A stretch of DNA of 57,544 nucleotides, filler included, from Sphacelaria rigidula (lineage: Eukaryota), in the NCBI GenBank assembly GCA_964200075.2. It is 7 parts of 7 records of this genome, joined end to end, with 100 filler letters (N's around TTAATTAATTAA, not from the genome) between each part and the next. Parts side by side here need not be neighbours in the genome. Positions count along the whole stretch, not along the records: positions 1 to 8,135 come from CAXNAA020012170.1; positions 8,236 to 16,370 come from CAXNAA020012171.1; 5 more parts are not named here. One strand, written 5' to 3'. The notes below the pieces were generated by a model. That model searched no databases. It saw only the letters and a program-made list of their open reading frames with translations, and was not told where the DNA came from. The position numbers and the translations under genes were made by a program. Positions 1-13,289 of the stretch are shown one piece after another (the stretch's first letter is position 1; each line of letters opens with the position of its first letter).

Positions 1-340
1 TATATACATTTCTACCTCATCTTGATCGGCGGTCAGCCGTGTCCATTGATCGACTATCGCAGTCGTGTCCATTGATCGACTATCTGAGTCGAGTCTGTAC
101 CCCATCCTCTCACGGGGTCACGAAGCTACAAACAAACGCTACCCGCGTCTTCATTGAACCTGTTTTGCCCACATCCATTGGTAATGGTTTGCCCACGCCT
201 ATGAATCTATGTGTGCACAAGGGGCTTGAATTTGTTTCGATTCGTTTTGTGGACTCATTTTGAAGTGAGTTTTTTTAGCTCAGTTTTTCTGTGGCTCTCC
301 TGTGTGTTGGCCTCCCCGTGCATATGCTGACAACATGTAG

Positions 341-3300
341 ACGAGCGATGACAACCGGTTCGTGAGGAGCTTCATAATGCTGGGGAAGTCTGCTTGCGTC
401 GCCGCGCGCAATGTCCCCAAGGTGAGAAAATATTGGTAGTTTGGGTTCCGTGTGTTTCATGCGTTCACCACGCTCAACAACAGCAGTATGCCCATGATGC
501 GAAGCGCAGGAGCAAACGAGGAGGAAAGTGTACGGAACCTTCCCCAAAATCTGGTCAAGGATATAAGCCCCGCTTGGACAAATTACGGCATAACTTCTGC
601 TGCTTGACGAATGTTTTGGTACAGTCCCGCCCACACACCAGCAGCAAGCAGCAGTAGACATTGTTCGCTGTTTCCAAGGTCGTTCGAAGAGACCATCCCA
701 TAATGTCAAGGTGCATGTCTAGCGCTGAGTGTGTTGCCGAGACAAGAAAGAGTAATAATCCAAACGATGCAGAGCGAAGCGCTGTGATTGCAGAACTTTT
801 CACAGACAACAACAACAACGGGATCCTGATCGAGGGTGACCTCAGCAGAGTTGCAGCGATGTTCGTGCTGTTGTTGCTGTGAGGATGAGTGCTGCCGTAG
901 TCGGAGTAGATGGGGGTTGGCGAGCGCTTGTAGATCGTCTGTATGAGTACCGTATAAGGGAACTCCAACATGCGGAGGTGGATGTGAAAAACATAAGTTA
1001 CTGTCCCCTGCCTGATCTCGCTGTGTTGGAAACCCGGGGATGATGTCCGAGCGTCCCGTGGTAACACGGGGGATATTGATAACACCCACCCAACCTGTAC
1101 CTGTCACGTGTGCAGGCAATATTATGCTCGTAGAAAAGGTACCAGCACCCCGTCTCCTACTGGTTCGTGTGGACATCCCAGTGCCGATTATTCAAATATA
1201 AAGTGGAAAACTGGGGATGGAATCCTGGTACCCCCCGGTCACCCCAGACACATTTCTTTCCCCTTGGAACCGGATGTGTACATGGGGCTCATATTGCCGT
1301 TTTTACCTACACGGCTTCTATCCTCGAGCACAGCGACACATCAGGGCACACCGATGTGAAATTCAACTGTACTCATCTGCGGCTGGCCACAGCTCCCCGA
1401 GCAGGGCATGGTTCCGTTCGCAATTGCTTTGTCAGTTAAAGCAAAACCTCATCTCATACCGGCAAAACTGGGGCAAGCCCACTGTGCACCAGAGAAGGTA
1501 GGAGGCAGTAGCACGAGTAACAGAAGCACCAGCGCCAGCACCACCATCATCATTCAGACTCCAACGTAACCCAAGGGCCAACCCGAAACATAGCTCTTGA
1601 GGCAAAGTTCAAGACGCATGAAGACCCTGCTGCTAATCGAGGGACGCTCACAAGCTGATAGATGTTGAGGTCTCAAATTATCATGTCTTCAATTCTGTCT
1701 TCAATTCATCCCGAAATGTGATGAGGTCGTTGTTCGGTGGGGTGGGTAGGGGACACAACGTCACGTTCCGACAGCAGAGAACGACGAACACACTACTCTT
1801 CTTCGACGAAATGGGTTTATCTCATACGGTACGGATGATGTCAATTGTAAGTTCCACGTTTTCTTTTCTTTTTCTGGTTCGAATCTGCTTTGTACAGCAG
1901 CAGTAATAGCAACATAATTATCGTCCGTACAGCTGCACTCATGATCAGCCATAAAACAAAGTAAAATACAGTAGTGGGCAGTCGACAGAGAACATGAACT
2001 AGTACAACCGGTCCAACTATATTTTGGCCTGCAATTTGCAATCACTACACTCGCAGCGATTGTAGTGTACGGGTTCATCTTGCGTGGTGGGTGCTTTGGC
2101 TCCCTGCTGAGGTCACATCATCCGACACGAGGAGGACATACGTTCCTTCAAAATATCTTACACCACCGCACCGCGGAGCAAACCTCCCACTCACGACACG
2201 ATCGAAGGGGACTGATGCTTATAGTTAGACCATATTAGCATGGAATGTGACACGCATTGGGCAGCCGCCAATCCATCGCCAACACCAAACAAGAAATAGT
2301 CGTAGCAGGTCGCGTGCGAGGCGCTACGTGCCGCAGGTGGCAATATAACGAAACGCCGCGTCCCGTAATTTGGGTGCTGTCGAGTATACATTTGGGCTTT
2401 ATAGAATACGCCACGTGCGCGCGAACAAATAAGACAGCCAGCACTCGTCACAACGTATGTGGCAGGGCGGTTTTGGTGCTGCTGTCTTGGTGACGACCAA
2501 CAGCTGTAACAACGAAGAAGTAATTATCAGATCGTCCGTACGTGCCGTGCTGTAGCCGCATTTCTCGGATCGGTTTCCTGCTTTGGTACCCGGAACAGGG
2601 GGCTGCGTGGAGACAATTGTTGGACACGTACCCTCCCCCCCCCCTAATCGTTTTTATTTTTTTATTGCTGAAGAAGTTGATCAACAAGCGAGGGAACATT
2701 TTCGAAAATTCTCATGATATTTGTGATGTTTTTGTTGCATACTGCAGGCATACTGCTGAAGAAATTGATCAACAAACGCTGACAGAAGTTGAAGGACATG
2801 GAGTGAAGGAAATAAATAGAGTCGAAGAACTTGTTTGCCCTGCATTTGGATGATTTCCCCGGAATACAAGAACTTCAGAGTAGGCGGAGACCCCGCGTAG
2901 GACGCTTGCGATTTTTCTCTTTCGATCCTCCTCGCGTTCCTTATTGGTCTCTCTTGTCCTTGGGCCTGGCGGTATCACATTTTCGCGTTGCGCATCCGCA
3001 GCCGCCCTACTCCGTGAGAAGTACAGAAGTGTGCTGTACATGGGGTTGGTTGACAGGTGTTTAATGCCACATTTTATGTGCAAGATAGCACCGTCAACAA
3101 CAGAGGATATTTGGCGCAATGGGATCCGTCGGTGTTGTGTCAACGATACGCCGACGGCGGCCAATATGTCGTGCGGTAAGAACACCTCTCTGCTGTTGAC
3201 AAACTCAAGCGCAGGGGGGTGCGAAAAAAGAACCCCACCGTGGGGAGAAATCAGAGTGTTTGGGGTGAACCGGTAGTGCAGGGGTGAAGTGGGGGGTGCG

Positions 3301-6300
3301 TCCTGAAAGGGTTTTGCGGTTGCAGCACAACGCACGGTATCCCCTTAGCTGTTCCACCTGATGGAATTCTCGACCAATACGCCCCCGCCGTCAATTACAG
3401 GTTGTGTCTATGGGCGCTGACCACCTCAAGGGTTCCTGGAAGGGGGTCATGTACGTCCTCTCTATGAAGGACAGCAACAACCATCTTATCCACGTCTCCA
3501 CTGTGATCACTGACAAAGAGAACGAGACGAACTACACGTTTCTCCTTCAGCAGACCATCAAGAACGAGGACATGAGGGAACTCCTCACCTCCGGGCAGGC
3601 GACGTTCTTCACCGATGGTCACAGAGGATCACCCCCGGCGCTCGTCTCTGTTGCTCCTCAGGCACCGGTTCGTACGTGTTTGAGGCACTTGATCACGAAC
3701 CAGCGAATGAAGAAGATGGGAGCGGTGAGTACGTCTATGTGTAGACTATTTTTGTTCATGTGTCGTGGAAATGTGATGCTATCTGTACAAACACGCCCCC
3801 CACCTCATGACCTTCGTCTGTAGCCAATGGCTCGGTCTTGAATTTTCGTGTGATAGCCAACGACGACTCCACGGATAACATTCAGTCGGGGGATAGCCAA
3901 CGGAAATACTAGGCCCCAAATACAACGTGTGGCGAAGCAACACAAAATTGACAACCCAACCCTTTTCAGGGTACAGGAATAGGTCGAGGTCTGAACTACA
4001 GATTACTTCATTGACAGTCGTTTCCTAAGCGTGCACTATCGCTCTTACTAGTGCCGTACGCATGTCGGCAGCCATTCCTTTTATCATACGCGCATTGCTA
4101 TTTGCGTGAGTTTTTCAAGGGACATGCTTGGGCATGTACGCATGTTGATGACAATCCTTCACACAAACTCAAGTTCTCGCCTGAAAGTTGACACCACCGC
4201 AAGGGACATCCGCGGGCGTAGTTTGCCACTGGTTTTGACCGCCCTGTTTTGTTTTAGCAGATACTTCGCGATCCCCTCGTAAGTTTCGTTTGTGAAACGT
4301 TCGCCCAACGTTTGCTGAACGAATTTGAGATGAGTCCTCCCGCATACACGGAGTGTGGAAGCCTTGAAGAAACACGTCCTGACAAGCAAAACCTGTGTAG
4401 ATAACTTGATGTGATAACTTGTTCGCATCGACCAGGACTATTCCGCGGCGGTCTACAAAGCGGCGAAGATGCCTTCCCAACATCTTTTCGACGAGGCCAT
4501 GACAACCGTAAAGGAGCGCTTCCCGTCAAACTACGCCCTTATCACTTCCCGCCCCCTCGAGCAATGGACACACCATGCCACTGACAGGAACCTCGTGGTC
4601 CAAGACTCCACGACATCCAACAACGCAGAATCAACAATCTCCATGGTTGGAGCAGGGGTGAGGGTGAACATGGTTCACGCCGTGTCAAATCATCGAGCCA
4701 AGTTAGAAGGAACAGGAACGATTATCTCGCTGTTTGTTACCACAGCCGTGTACTCCTGGGAAAATCATACAAAGTACGCTGCTCAGCAACAGTACATAGC
4801 AACACAGCTTGAAGACCCCCAAAGTCCTGATATTGTCGAAACAGAGATTTATATGATGGTTGCCGTCGACGAAACCATTGTCACTGCTCGTGTCAGGATA
4901 AAAAAGGGTTGCGAGGAGAGGGGGATCTTGTGAGGCGCCCGCAAATCGTGTAGGGGTCCTCTTTTTCTTACGCCCGCGGAGCAGTGGTTCTTTACAGATG
5001 GTGATGCACATGACAGTAGCCCTCGGCTGCCCTGCCTCTACGCCATTGCTACAGCTCGTCTGCTGAATTGGAAAGAGTTGGCAGAAGGATGTGTCTGTGG
5101 GGCAACAAAAAATGGGCAGACATGCGGCGGGATGAAGGATTCGGATTCCCTGTCGTCACTATTGCTGTATTTTGTGACCACAACTCTCGCCACATCTGCT
5201 GGGATGTGCAGAGCACGGGTGGAATCGGTTGCTAGTGTGCTTCTCCCGGACGTTCTCTTCTTTCTTTCGCTGGTGTGTGTGTACGGTGTGTTTGATACCT
5301 GACAAAAGAAAAACGAACCCTCAAATAACACGGGATTTTACAATTTAGGGATGGAGTTTTTTGTTGGGGATGAACGTTGGGAAGCTTGATCGAAACATGA
5401 TCGAAATATAAACAAGTACAAACGCACTCTCCGCCCATGATGTGTGATCTCTTTCATCCTGAAAGACAGACACCCGCAATTTTAAATGTCCCGTCTTTTC
5501 AGTTGATTTAGAGAAATACGAACAGTTTTTTTATCCGGACGGACCGGAGGACGACATTGTTCGGTATAAACACCGGATTTTACAAATTTCAGATTGACTT
5601 TAGTTGGATGAGCGGCACCACACATCACGGGCGGAGAGTGCGTTTGAATTTCTATTTCGACAATAGTTCGATGCTTGTCAAGCTTCCCAAGGTTCATCCC
5701 CAATTTGTGAAATCCAGTCTTGAATAGATATTCGCTTGTTTTCTTTTCGCCGGTCTTCGTTTTCCTCCGAACGCGGGAAGACAGCCTTGATTCGTTGCTT
5801 TGGGGTAAAAGATGAGCACACGAGAGAAAGGCGGTCTGATGATAAACCGGAGCCTGACGGTAACATTTCGCCTATGTACTAGACGCACCAAACGACTTGG
5901 CTTCCTCTCACCCCTCCCTTCCTTGATGCGACATCGTCATGCGCACAGACTCGGGCGCTGGACCCCTTTCATGTCCCAATGGCGATAGCGGAACAAACCG
6001 CGGAGAGACTCGCGACCCACGCCGAACTGAAGGAGGACTCTGCTGATGCCCTTGTTCCATTCGCGAAGGCGTTCATTGAGAACGAGAGGAAGCTCAGTTT
6101 AATGTTAGTACAGACGCTTAGCAAGGTAAGTCATGGTTGGCGTCATGCTTGGCATGTTGTTCCTTCAGTTAGTTCGCTTGTGGGTTGACTCCATGATCCG
6201 TTGTTGTCTACTGGCGTTTCGTTTCCTCTCAAAACTGTTGGTTATGGTTCTTTTCGTAGGACGAATTGTTGTCAGACGAAACATGTGTTGCAATATTGTT

Positions 6301-8135
6301 TTTCACACGTCATATACGATTTTCGATTACGTTCGTGTTCTGTTGATGTTTTCACCACACCACACCCGGTGGGACACACCCCCGTTGTGGCCGCCCGTCA
6401 TGAAATTACCAGAACGAAATGAAGAGACTGCACTACCATGGTGGCCGGACACTGCGGTTCCACTTGCCGAAATCAAAACCACCCCCGACAAATACCCTGT
6501 TTTACCGTCGCTTCTCTGTCCTGTGGGTCAAAAGGTTGGTTTTGTGGTCTTGCATTGTGCATGAGTATGTTACGCAATCGCCACAAAGAGCAAAACCCGC
6601 CGGTCCCCGTCGCTGTCGTCTCAATTTTGTCCTTATGTTCGTTTCGTTGTTGTTCCCTTCTTGGCTACACTCGTGAACAGGAAGTACGTCCAGAACCGGG
6701 GCCTGGGTGTCTTCACGGTTCAGGAGCACGGTGACGCCAAGCACGGCAACAGGGTGACGATTCAACTGCCGGACGCCGATGGGAAAGGTGCCTTCATGGA
6801 TTGCACCTGCCGCGTGCCTTCCAGGTGGAAGTTGCTGTGCTGCGACGCAATCACTGCGTTGAAATGTAAGTCTTTGTGTGGATAGCCACATGGGGTGTAA
6901 GTCACTCCCTTGCGTCGTACTGTCCGCATGGCGGTCCTGCTGCTGTATGTGACGTGAAGTAATCTTATTGCACCTAGTACTACGCGTTTGTGTTGTCATC
7001 TTTGTTCCTGACCCCAGTCTACACCTTTTCGTATGTGTCGGCGCATTGGCCGGGGTCACACAGGACAAAGGTCAACACAGGAGTTCTTTTTGGTTATATT
7101 TGTTTTCAGCACTCCATCGTCCTTCTGCGGTGCTTGCCTTTTTTTTGATTGCGAGAACGGTTCAGCGGTCTCTTTCCCTCCTCGACCATGAAATGAAGTC
7201 TATTTCGTCTTTTATTGTTCGGATAATAATTCATTGTTTCGTTTGGGTGTTCTTCTATTTCATTGCATTTCTTGTTGTGTTCTTTTGGTTGTCGGGCCAT
7301 GGCAACATTGAGGATCCTTTCGTCACAGCGACCTTTTCGATTGTGCTGAGGGCTTCATGTTGATATGCGTCGAGTTGTCCCCTGCACATGCTCGCGGCTG
7401 ATGCGTACGAGACTCTATATACAAAATCTTGTAAGCGTGCCCGCCCGGAAAGTGAATACCCCGAATTCGACGACAGATTCCACCGCGTCCCCCTCCACGA
7501 GGACAACACTTGGGGTGGTATTCGAACAAGTACACAAGAGGCAACTCCGGCCCTCGCTGTTGTCCAATAGCCTTTTGATTCTCTTCCAGAAAAAAATCTC
7601 CACGGATCACTCTTCACCTAAACCGAATGCACAAATTGTTGTTGCATATTTTTATTGCATGTTTCAGAGGGAGTTGCAACAAAGGCGATAGTACTGTGGA
7701 TATGTCGCCTTTTCCCTCAACCGTCATCTCACCGTTTTGATTTTACATTGCACCACGTCGATCCCCTGTGAACGTACGACAGCCATAAACAGGCTTGATG
7801 CCATGATGGCATTCGTTGACCGCGGGTATACCCTGAAATCCTACCGAGAAGTCCACAGCAATCCCGAGTATCGCGTGGTGCTGCCTATCTGGTCAGAGTT
7901 ATCCGAGAGCAGCATCCTCCCTCCCCGCCCAGTTGAGGGCCAAGCTGGTGCTCCAAGGAAGGGTCCTGCGCCCAAAGCGTGCATCCGTGGGCGTAACGAC
8001 AACTGCCAGCGCGGGCGCGGGGGCGGTGGAGGTAGCGGGAACGGAGGCGGCGCCGACGTCGTCCCCGCTCCCCCAGTTCATGGAATGGGAAGCGTTCGTA
8101 GCTTCCTCGGAGACATCGGTCACGGAGGGTCGACG
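341..8135 (+). pseudogene. Intron-containing MULE/Mutator (MuDR-like) DDE transposase with SWIM zinc finger, probably inactive; partial at both contig ends
   Basis: GT-AG exons 341-421 (TSDDNRFVRSFIMLGKSACVAARNVPK), 3401-3724 (VVSMGADHLKGSWKGVMY..KDSNNH..FFTDGHRG..RTCLRHL), 4436-4657 (..EQWT..TTSNNAES) and 5949-6125 join in phase 0. Further exons are 6681-6865 (MDCTCRVPSRWKLLCCDAI, SWIM-like) and 7793-8135 (FVDRGYTLKSY..ILPPRP..GAPRK). These match MULE motifs DxxHL, xDxxxG, CxxH and TxNxxES. Phases do not join after 6125. Confidence 0.85.
5298..5753. mobile_element. Fold-back MITE in a MULE intron
   Basis: Long imperfect inverted arms, e.g. 5364-5445 (ttggggatgaacgttgggaagcttga..aaacgcactctccgcccatgatgtgtg) vs 5619-5703, extending out to ~5298/5753. 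Confidence 0.65.
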
Positions 8136-8235
8136 NNNNNNNNNNNNNNNNNNNNNNNNNNNNNNNNNNNNNNNNNNNNTTAATTAATTAANNNNNNNNN
8201 NNNNNNNNNNNNNNNNNNNNNNNNNNNNNNNNNNN
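8136..8235. other. Artificial contig spacer N44-TTAATTAATTAA-N44 (also 16371-16470, 24606-24705, 32841-32940, 41076-41175, 49311-49410)
   Basis: Identical 100-nt spacers with stops in all six frames, recurring every 8235 nt. Confidence 0.98.
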
Positions 8236-8675
8236 ATCAACACCGTTTTCGTGAGATTGAGAGTGGAGCGCTGATTGAGAGTGGCTTTGATTATTCGCTT
8301 TCACGTAGCCAATTTTTCATTCCGTGTGTGCTCTTCTTTGCCTCCATCACTGGCGTGTGCTTTCAGCTTCACGTCGATATCCCACTTGAGGATATCAAGG
8401 GTCTCAGTGGCAAGCGACTGCAGAAGGCATATTGGAGCTCGTGGAGGGGCATTTCGGAACTGACACGATTTATTTACTAATTAATCGCTTTTCACTCTGA
8501 ACTGTACCCTCTACTCTCAATTTCACGAAAACATTGTTGATCATCCCTCCGGAGGCATTTTGGGGAGTAGCCAAATGGCCGCATGTGCCCTGAGGGATCC
8601 AAAAACATTTAAGGGGACATGGGCGTGTGGCATTTTTCTTTTCGGCTGTCTCGCAAACAGGCCCACAACCCCTGT

Positions 8676-9935
8676 CAAAACGACCACCCCGCCGCCCCTG
8701 GAAACCTCGGATGTCCCTGGACTGTCAGCCTGTGAAACTGTTCTGAGGAGTGTGAGGGATAAAGTTCCAGATGTCACAGCGTTCATATTAAAACCAAGTC
8801 GGGAGAACTTCACCCCACCAAGCGGTCATCTCTACTCTAAGAAAGAGCCACAAAACTGACTCTGCTTCTATTATTATTGCTCTCTGCCCATCGACGCAAA
8901 TTGTTCGCCGGACAAATTGTGCTTTGCAAGACTTCATTCAGAGAAGAGCGCGTTCTGCACAAGCTAGGAGGGCAACCCCCAATAACCCTTAGGCATCGAC
9001 CCCCCGCAGGTGGACTGAGATGAACTAATTCACATTTGGGTTTATCGCAGCTTTCTTTTCGCTCTAGAAAGCCTCCGTTTCATAAAGATGTGGATGTTTG
9101 GCATCTACCACAAAAAATAGTAACGGAGAACCCCTGACCGGTTTTGACCCCGCAGTCAATTGCGTGCAGAGTCAGCATGTTTGTGTGCTCGATACCATAT
9201 ATGGTTGAATTGTCAGGACAGCCATGACAAAAGAAATACACCGCCAAGTAGGCCATCTGTAGCCCATCTGTAGGGGAACAAAGTGATCACATCCCTTAAA
9301 CCGCGAGATTAGTCTTCCTGGGTTATGCATACTTTTTTTTCACTTGAAACTGATGCCGATTCAACAGAAGACTAACCTCGCGGTCTAAGGGATATTAGAG
9401 GTATCTCAAACTCGGCTTCCTGGTTTATTCGCTGGCTCTGAGTTGTGTAGTGTTTTTTCAAGTGAAAGTGATCGCGATTCATGAGAGGACCTGACCTGGC
9501 AGTCAAACGGTCTCAGCATGTGATGAATCGGCATCACCTTCACTCGAAAAAATAGAACAAAACAAACCAGGATACCGGGAGCCAAGTTTGAGATACCTCT
9601 ATCGATAGCGGATCAGAATGGCAGCTCCGCTCCTCGCAGACTTCGTTCTTGATGGGTAATTTTCCTTGAGAAACGTCCATACAGACGTGGTTGACGTGGT
9701 GAGCCTTCTGGCTGTCCCGCAAACGGGCGCACACCCCCTATCTAAACGACCACTCCGCCCCCTGTTCACCTCGGATGTTCCTGGACTGTCAGCCTGTGAA
9801 ACGGTTCTGAGTCGACTCTCCCTGTGTAAGGAAATAAAGTTCCAGATGTCAGCGTTTATACTAAAACCAAGTCGGGAAAACTTCACTCCACCAAGTGGTC
9901 ACCTTTACTGTAACGGAGAGCCACAAAATTGACTT
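8676..9935 (+). repeat. Two diverged direct copies of a ~190-bp repeat (8676-8861 and 9743-9935)
   Basis: Shared cctcggatgt(c/t)cctggactgtcagcctgtgaaac..aagttccagatgtca..aaaaccaagtcggga..gagccacaaaa. Confidence 0.85.
9292..9599. mobile_element. Two adjacent hairpin MITE-like units (9292-9392; 9398-9599, GAG...CTC ends flanked by TA)
   Basis: tcccttaaaccgcgagattagtcttc / gaagactaacctcgcggtctaaggga; gaggtatctcaaactcggcttcc / ggagccaagtttgagatacctc. Confidence 0.6.
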
Positions 9936-10993
9936 GCATGAAGCAGCGGTAAGTATCTCCGTGTAGGAAAGGTAGTCGGAGATAGGTCTGGAAATCTCAA
10001 CGGGCGTGACTCAAACGCATGTAAAAACCACGATCAGCATCAAAAGCCAACCCTACCCTATCAAACATGACAGAATTCCAGGGCACAAGCGCAGCATGCC
10101 TGACGCTAGCTATCGCTTTTCTCTACACAGTGCGCTTCTGTCACGGTAATCTGTATGGTGTTAGATGGGGGACAGCCCTGCTTGTGCAACACAACTTGCT
10201 GAAAATGGATTCGTTGACGGATTGACGTGGGAGCTTTTTTGTTCCCGAGGTGATGAAACACGGAAACAAACAACCGGTGTTTGCTCAACGCTATTCCTGA
10301 CGGCGAAGAAAATCGCTCACCTTGGGACGGTGCAGTGCAAGGTGCGTGGAGTCTGTGCGGTGCAAACTATTGGTGAGCTGTTTTGTACTGGATTGACGGT
10401 CTTTCTTGTCAGCGTTCAGGGTTGGGAAGAAATGTTGGTACTCGCGCGTCATGAAAAATGAGATTGGACAGGCATTCACAAATTTGAATCTGTCGGGAGC
10501 TGTGAAATTAGGCATAGCTTGACAACCCCCGCCATTCAATTCCGTGTGCCACCACCTTGGCAATGGAAGCTTGCAACAACCCGTTTGTGTTGTAGGAAGG
10601 TGGACTACGCTGTGATAATCACGGGCGGAAAAGTGATATGCGCCGTAGTACGACAGTGCATGCGAGTGTTCTTCAATTCTTCGAAACACGTCGTGCATGC
10701 AGAAGTGATCGTTTACAGTATGGATAGGACCTGGTTGAAACTGCAGCTTTGAATCTGTTGATGGCAAAAAAATAAAAATAAATTGCATTTCGGCACTCTT
10801 GTAGTGGGGTCCAACTGCAAACTGTATAGCTACTCAACCGATGATATACGCTATAATACTGTGCTGCCTGTACAGTGTGTTCCGAACTGGAGGCACCCTC
10901 AAAGCGCTGCACTGATACATGGGTCTTGCTAGGAAAACCTGGGTTGGTGACAGTTCATTTACAGAGCGAACATCCCCCATAGTGAAGCGTGCG

Positions 10994-11250
10994 ACGATTC
11001 AACATAGCCATCAAAGACGATTCAACATAACCATCGGAGACGATTCAACATAGCCATCGGAGATTCACGATAAAACCACAAAGTCCGCAGAATAGAATAC
11101 TCTTGCTGTTTGTGGTCTCTTCTGTTTTGTCGAGACTGTTGAACTGCTCGGCTTTTTTTGTGACTCTTACCCAGCCATTCACTCTTCTGTTTTGTCGAGT
11201 CCGTTGAACTGCCTCCGCTTTTTTGTGACTCTTGCCCAGCCGTTTACTTT
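10994..11250. repeat. Minisatellites: 23-bp unit x3 (gacgattcaacatagccatc) and ~63-bp unit x2
   Basis: Directly visible tandem units. Confidence 0.85.
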
Positions 11251-11361
11251 GTTGTAGTAATGGAAAGTTGGTTTTGATGTAAATTAGTGTTCCGAGAAGG
11301 ATCACACGCTCACTTGATTTCAGTATCGAGCGGCGAGACATTTAGCGTAATAATACATTGG

Positions 11362-11441
<80 letters not shown>

Positions 11442-11498
11442 AACCATAATCATAATGATCATAATAATCATAATAATCACAATGATCATAATAATAAC
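11362..11498. repeat. Compound microsatellite (ATA)n(ATC)n with degenerate tail
   Basis: Directly visible; it explains the spurious poly-N/H/I/M ORFs. Confidence 0.97.
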
Positions 11499-12211
11499 AG
11501 GGAACTGAATTTGACGTGGGTTATATGCCGTTTGGGGAAACCAAGGGATACCTGTCCACACGCTGTTGCGGAGAAACACGTTTGCTCCTTTTTTGCTTGA
11601 TTTTACAGTACAGTAGTGCTGTAATCCTGTCGGCCTGATTCTCTGGATCAAAGACAGTAAAAAAGATGAGCTACAACTCAGCGTACCAGCAACCACACCC
11701 GAACAAATGCTGTCTGGTTGCTCTGGTTTGCTCTGGTTTGCTCTGGTTCCTCTTGACCTGGGGCGCCCTAGAGAACCAACTTTTACTCGTTTTTTTTTGT
11801 CTCGATTATGGAAGGTTTTTGTGTCGCCTGTTCTGGTCATCTGCCACGACAACACATATCTTCAAAGGTGGTGAGAATAAAATCGGGGGTATGAACGCAG
11901 CTCCGTATTTCAGGGGTCCTTGCACACTGGGTACTCTTTTTCAGTCGATACCCTCGCTACCCTGGAATACTCCGAAGTCCCACAGTGTTCGAGAGGAACG
12001 ATACCCCAGCTATTGTGTGACACCCGGTACTCTGGCCCGTCACTACTTCAGGTACTCCATTTCACGAGTCGCACAACTCATGAACTACCTGAATATTTCT
12101 TCTTATTGGCCTACTGATCCGGACCATGAGCTCGCTCACTTGGTCCCTTTTCCCAAGTTCACTCCCCACAGCGCTGGACGCCGAGCCCGCAGAGGTGCGC
12201 GACGAAGGTTA

Positions 12212-12432
12212 TGACATATATACATGGGTAGTGCACTTGTTTCTGTTCCGATTGGCCCATACTAAAATATATATGAAAATATTCAAAAATAAATCGTCTG
12301 TGACCGACAGACGGTGCAGTTGGATATATATATATATATACAAAATACATAGATAGGTAGTGCACTTGTTTCTGTTCCGATTGTGTACCATACTAAAATA
12401 TATGTGAAAAAAATCCCATCTGCACCGTCTGT
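12212..12432. repeat. ~130-bp tandem duplication
   Basis: ggtagtgcacttgtttctgttccgattg..catactaaaatatat occurs twice. Confidence 0.85.
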
Positions 12433-13093
12433 GTGTCACAAATGATGACGAACATCCCAGCGAGTGCACTATTTATGTATACACGTCATAACCTTTGGTG
12501 CGCGAAGGTAGCGCTTCGGCTCCTCAGACCCGCTGTCGCGCATTTTGTCTTCTTGAACCACGGATCTGAGAGTCCTCTTCCACTGGCTACTTTAGGTAGC
12601 TCATCGGCTGTCCAAGGTGTGCTCCATCATTCATGTTTCCCCCGGGAATCCCAAACCTCAGGTTCCTCGGAATACTGAGTATTTCTGGCAGTCGATACCG
12701 CGGGTACCCCGAAATGCTCAGTGCCTGTTCGGTAGTCGATAACCCTGGGCGCCATAGGATGCGTAGTGTCTACTATACGTGAACAAGCGTTGGACCAGTT
12801 GGTCATTTTTCAGCCGGCATCGGTGTGTTCGAGACGGTAGTTATCACCCCCGTGGTAACCATAGTCGAGCTCGAGTTTCTTGATGAGTAAAGACCTGCTC
12901 TGCTGTCACACCACGTGTACCGGAAGATCTCGTCAGCCAATGTCGAGAGAGGCAGCTTTTGGCGGCCTATCGACTGCAGTTTGGGAGGACGTTGATGTTG
13001 GGATTGTAATCGCTCCGAGTGGTATCCTCCGTAGCCTCTGGTACATAAGCAGGGGAAGAGATACTGCTGCACGGTGCAGTGACGAGAACACGA

Positions 13094-13289
13094 CACACCC
13101 TGGATGATGGCAGTATAATATACACTGTCAACAAGTACTGCGTACAGTATCGGCTATTGCGTCCGTGGCAGTAGACAAAAGATTCCATACTGTACGCAGA
13201 GCATTTTTTTGTTGGTAATAGACATTAGATTCCATACTGTACGCAGTACATTTTTTACAATGTAATGTATTGCCGTTATTCAGAGTGTG
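13094..13289. mobile_element. CACACCCTGGA-family palindromic MITE (older copy)
   Basis: Homologous to 25950-26085 and 32941-33013; TIRs cacaccctgga / ttcagagtgtg. Confidence 0.7.

Noticed and set aside
8180..8191. Recurrent TTAATTAATTAA as a biological motif
   Set aside because: Always embedded in N-runs; it is an assembly linker.
10994..11065. CRISPR-like short repeats
   Set aside because: Head-to-tail 23-bp tandem units with no unique spacers and no cas genes, in a eukaryotic context.
11287..11855. Poly-His/Asn/Ile/Met ORFs
   Set aside because: Translations of a trinucleotide microsatellite.
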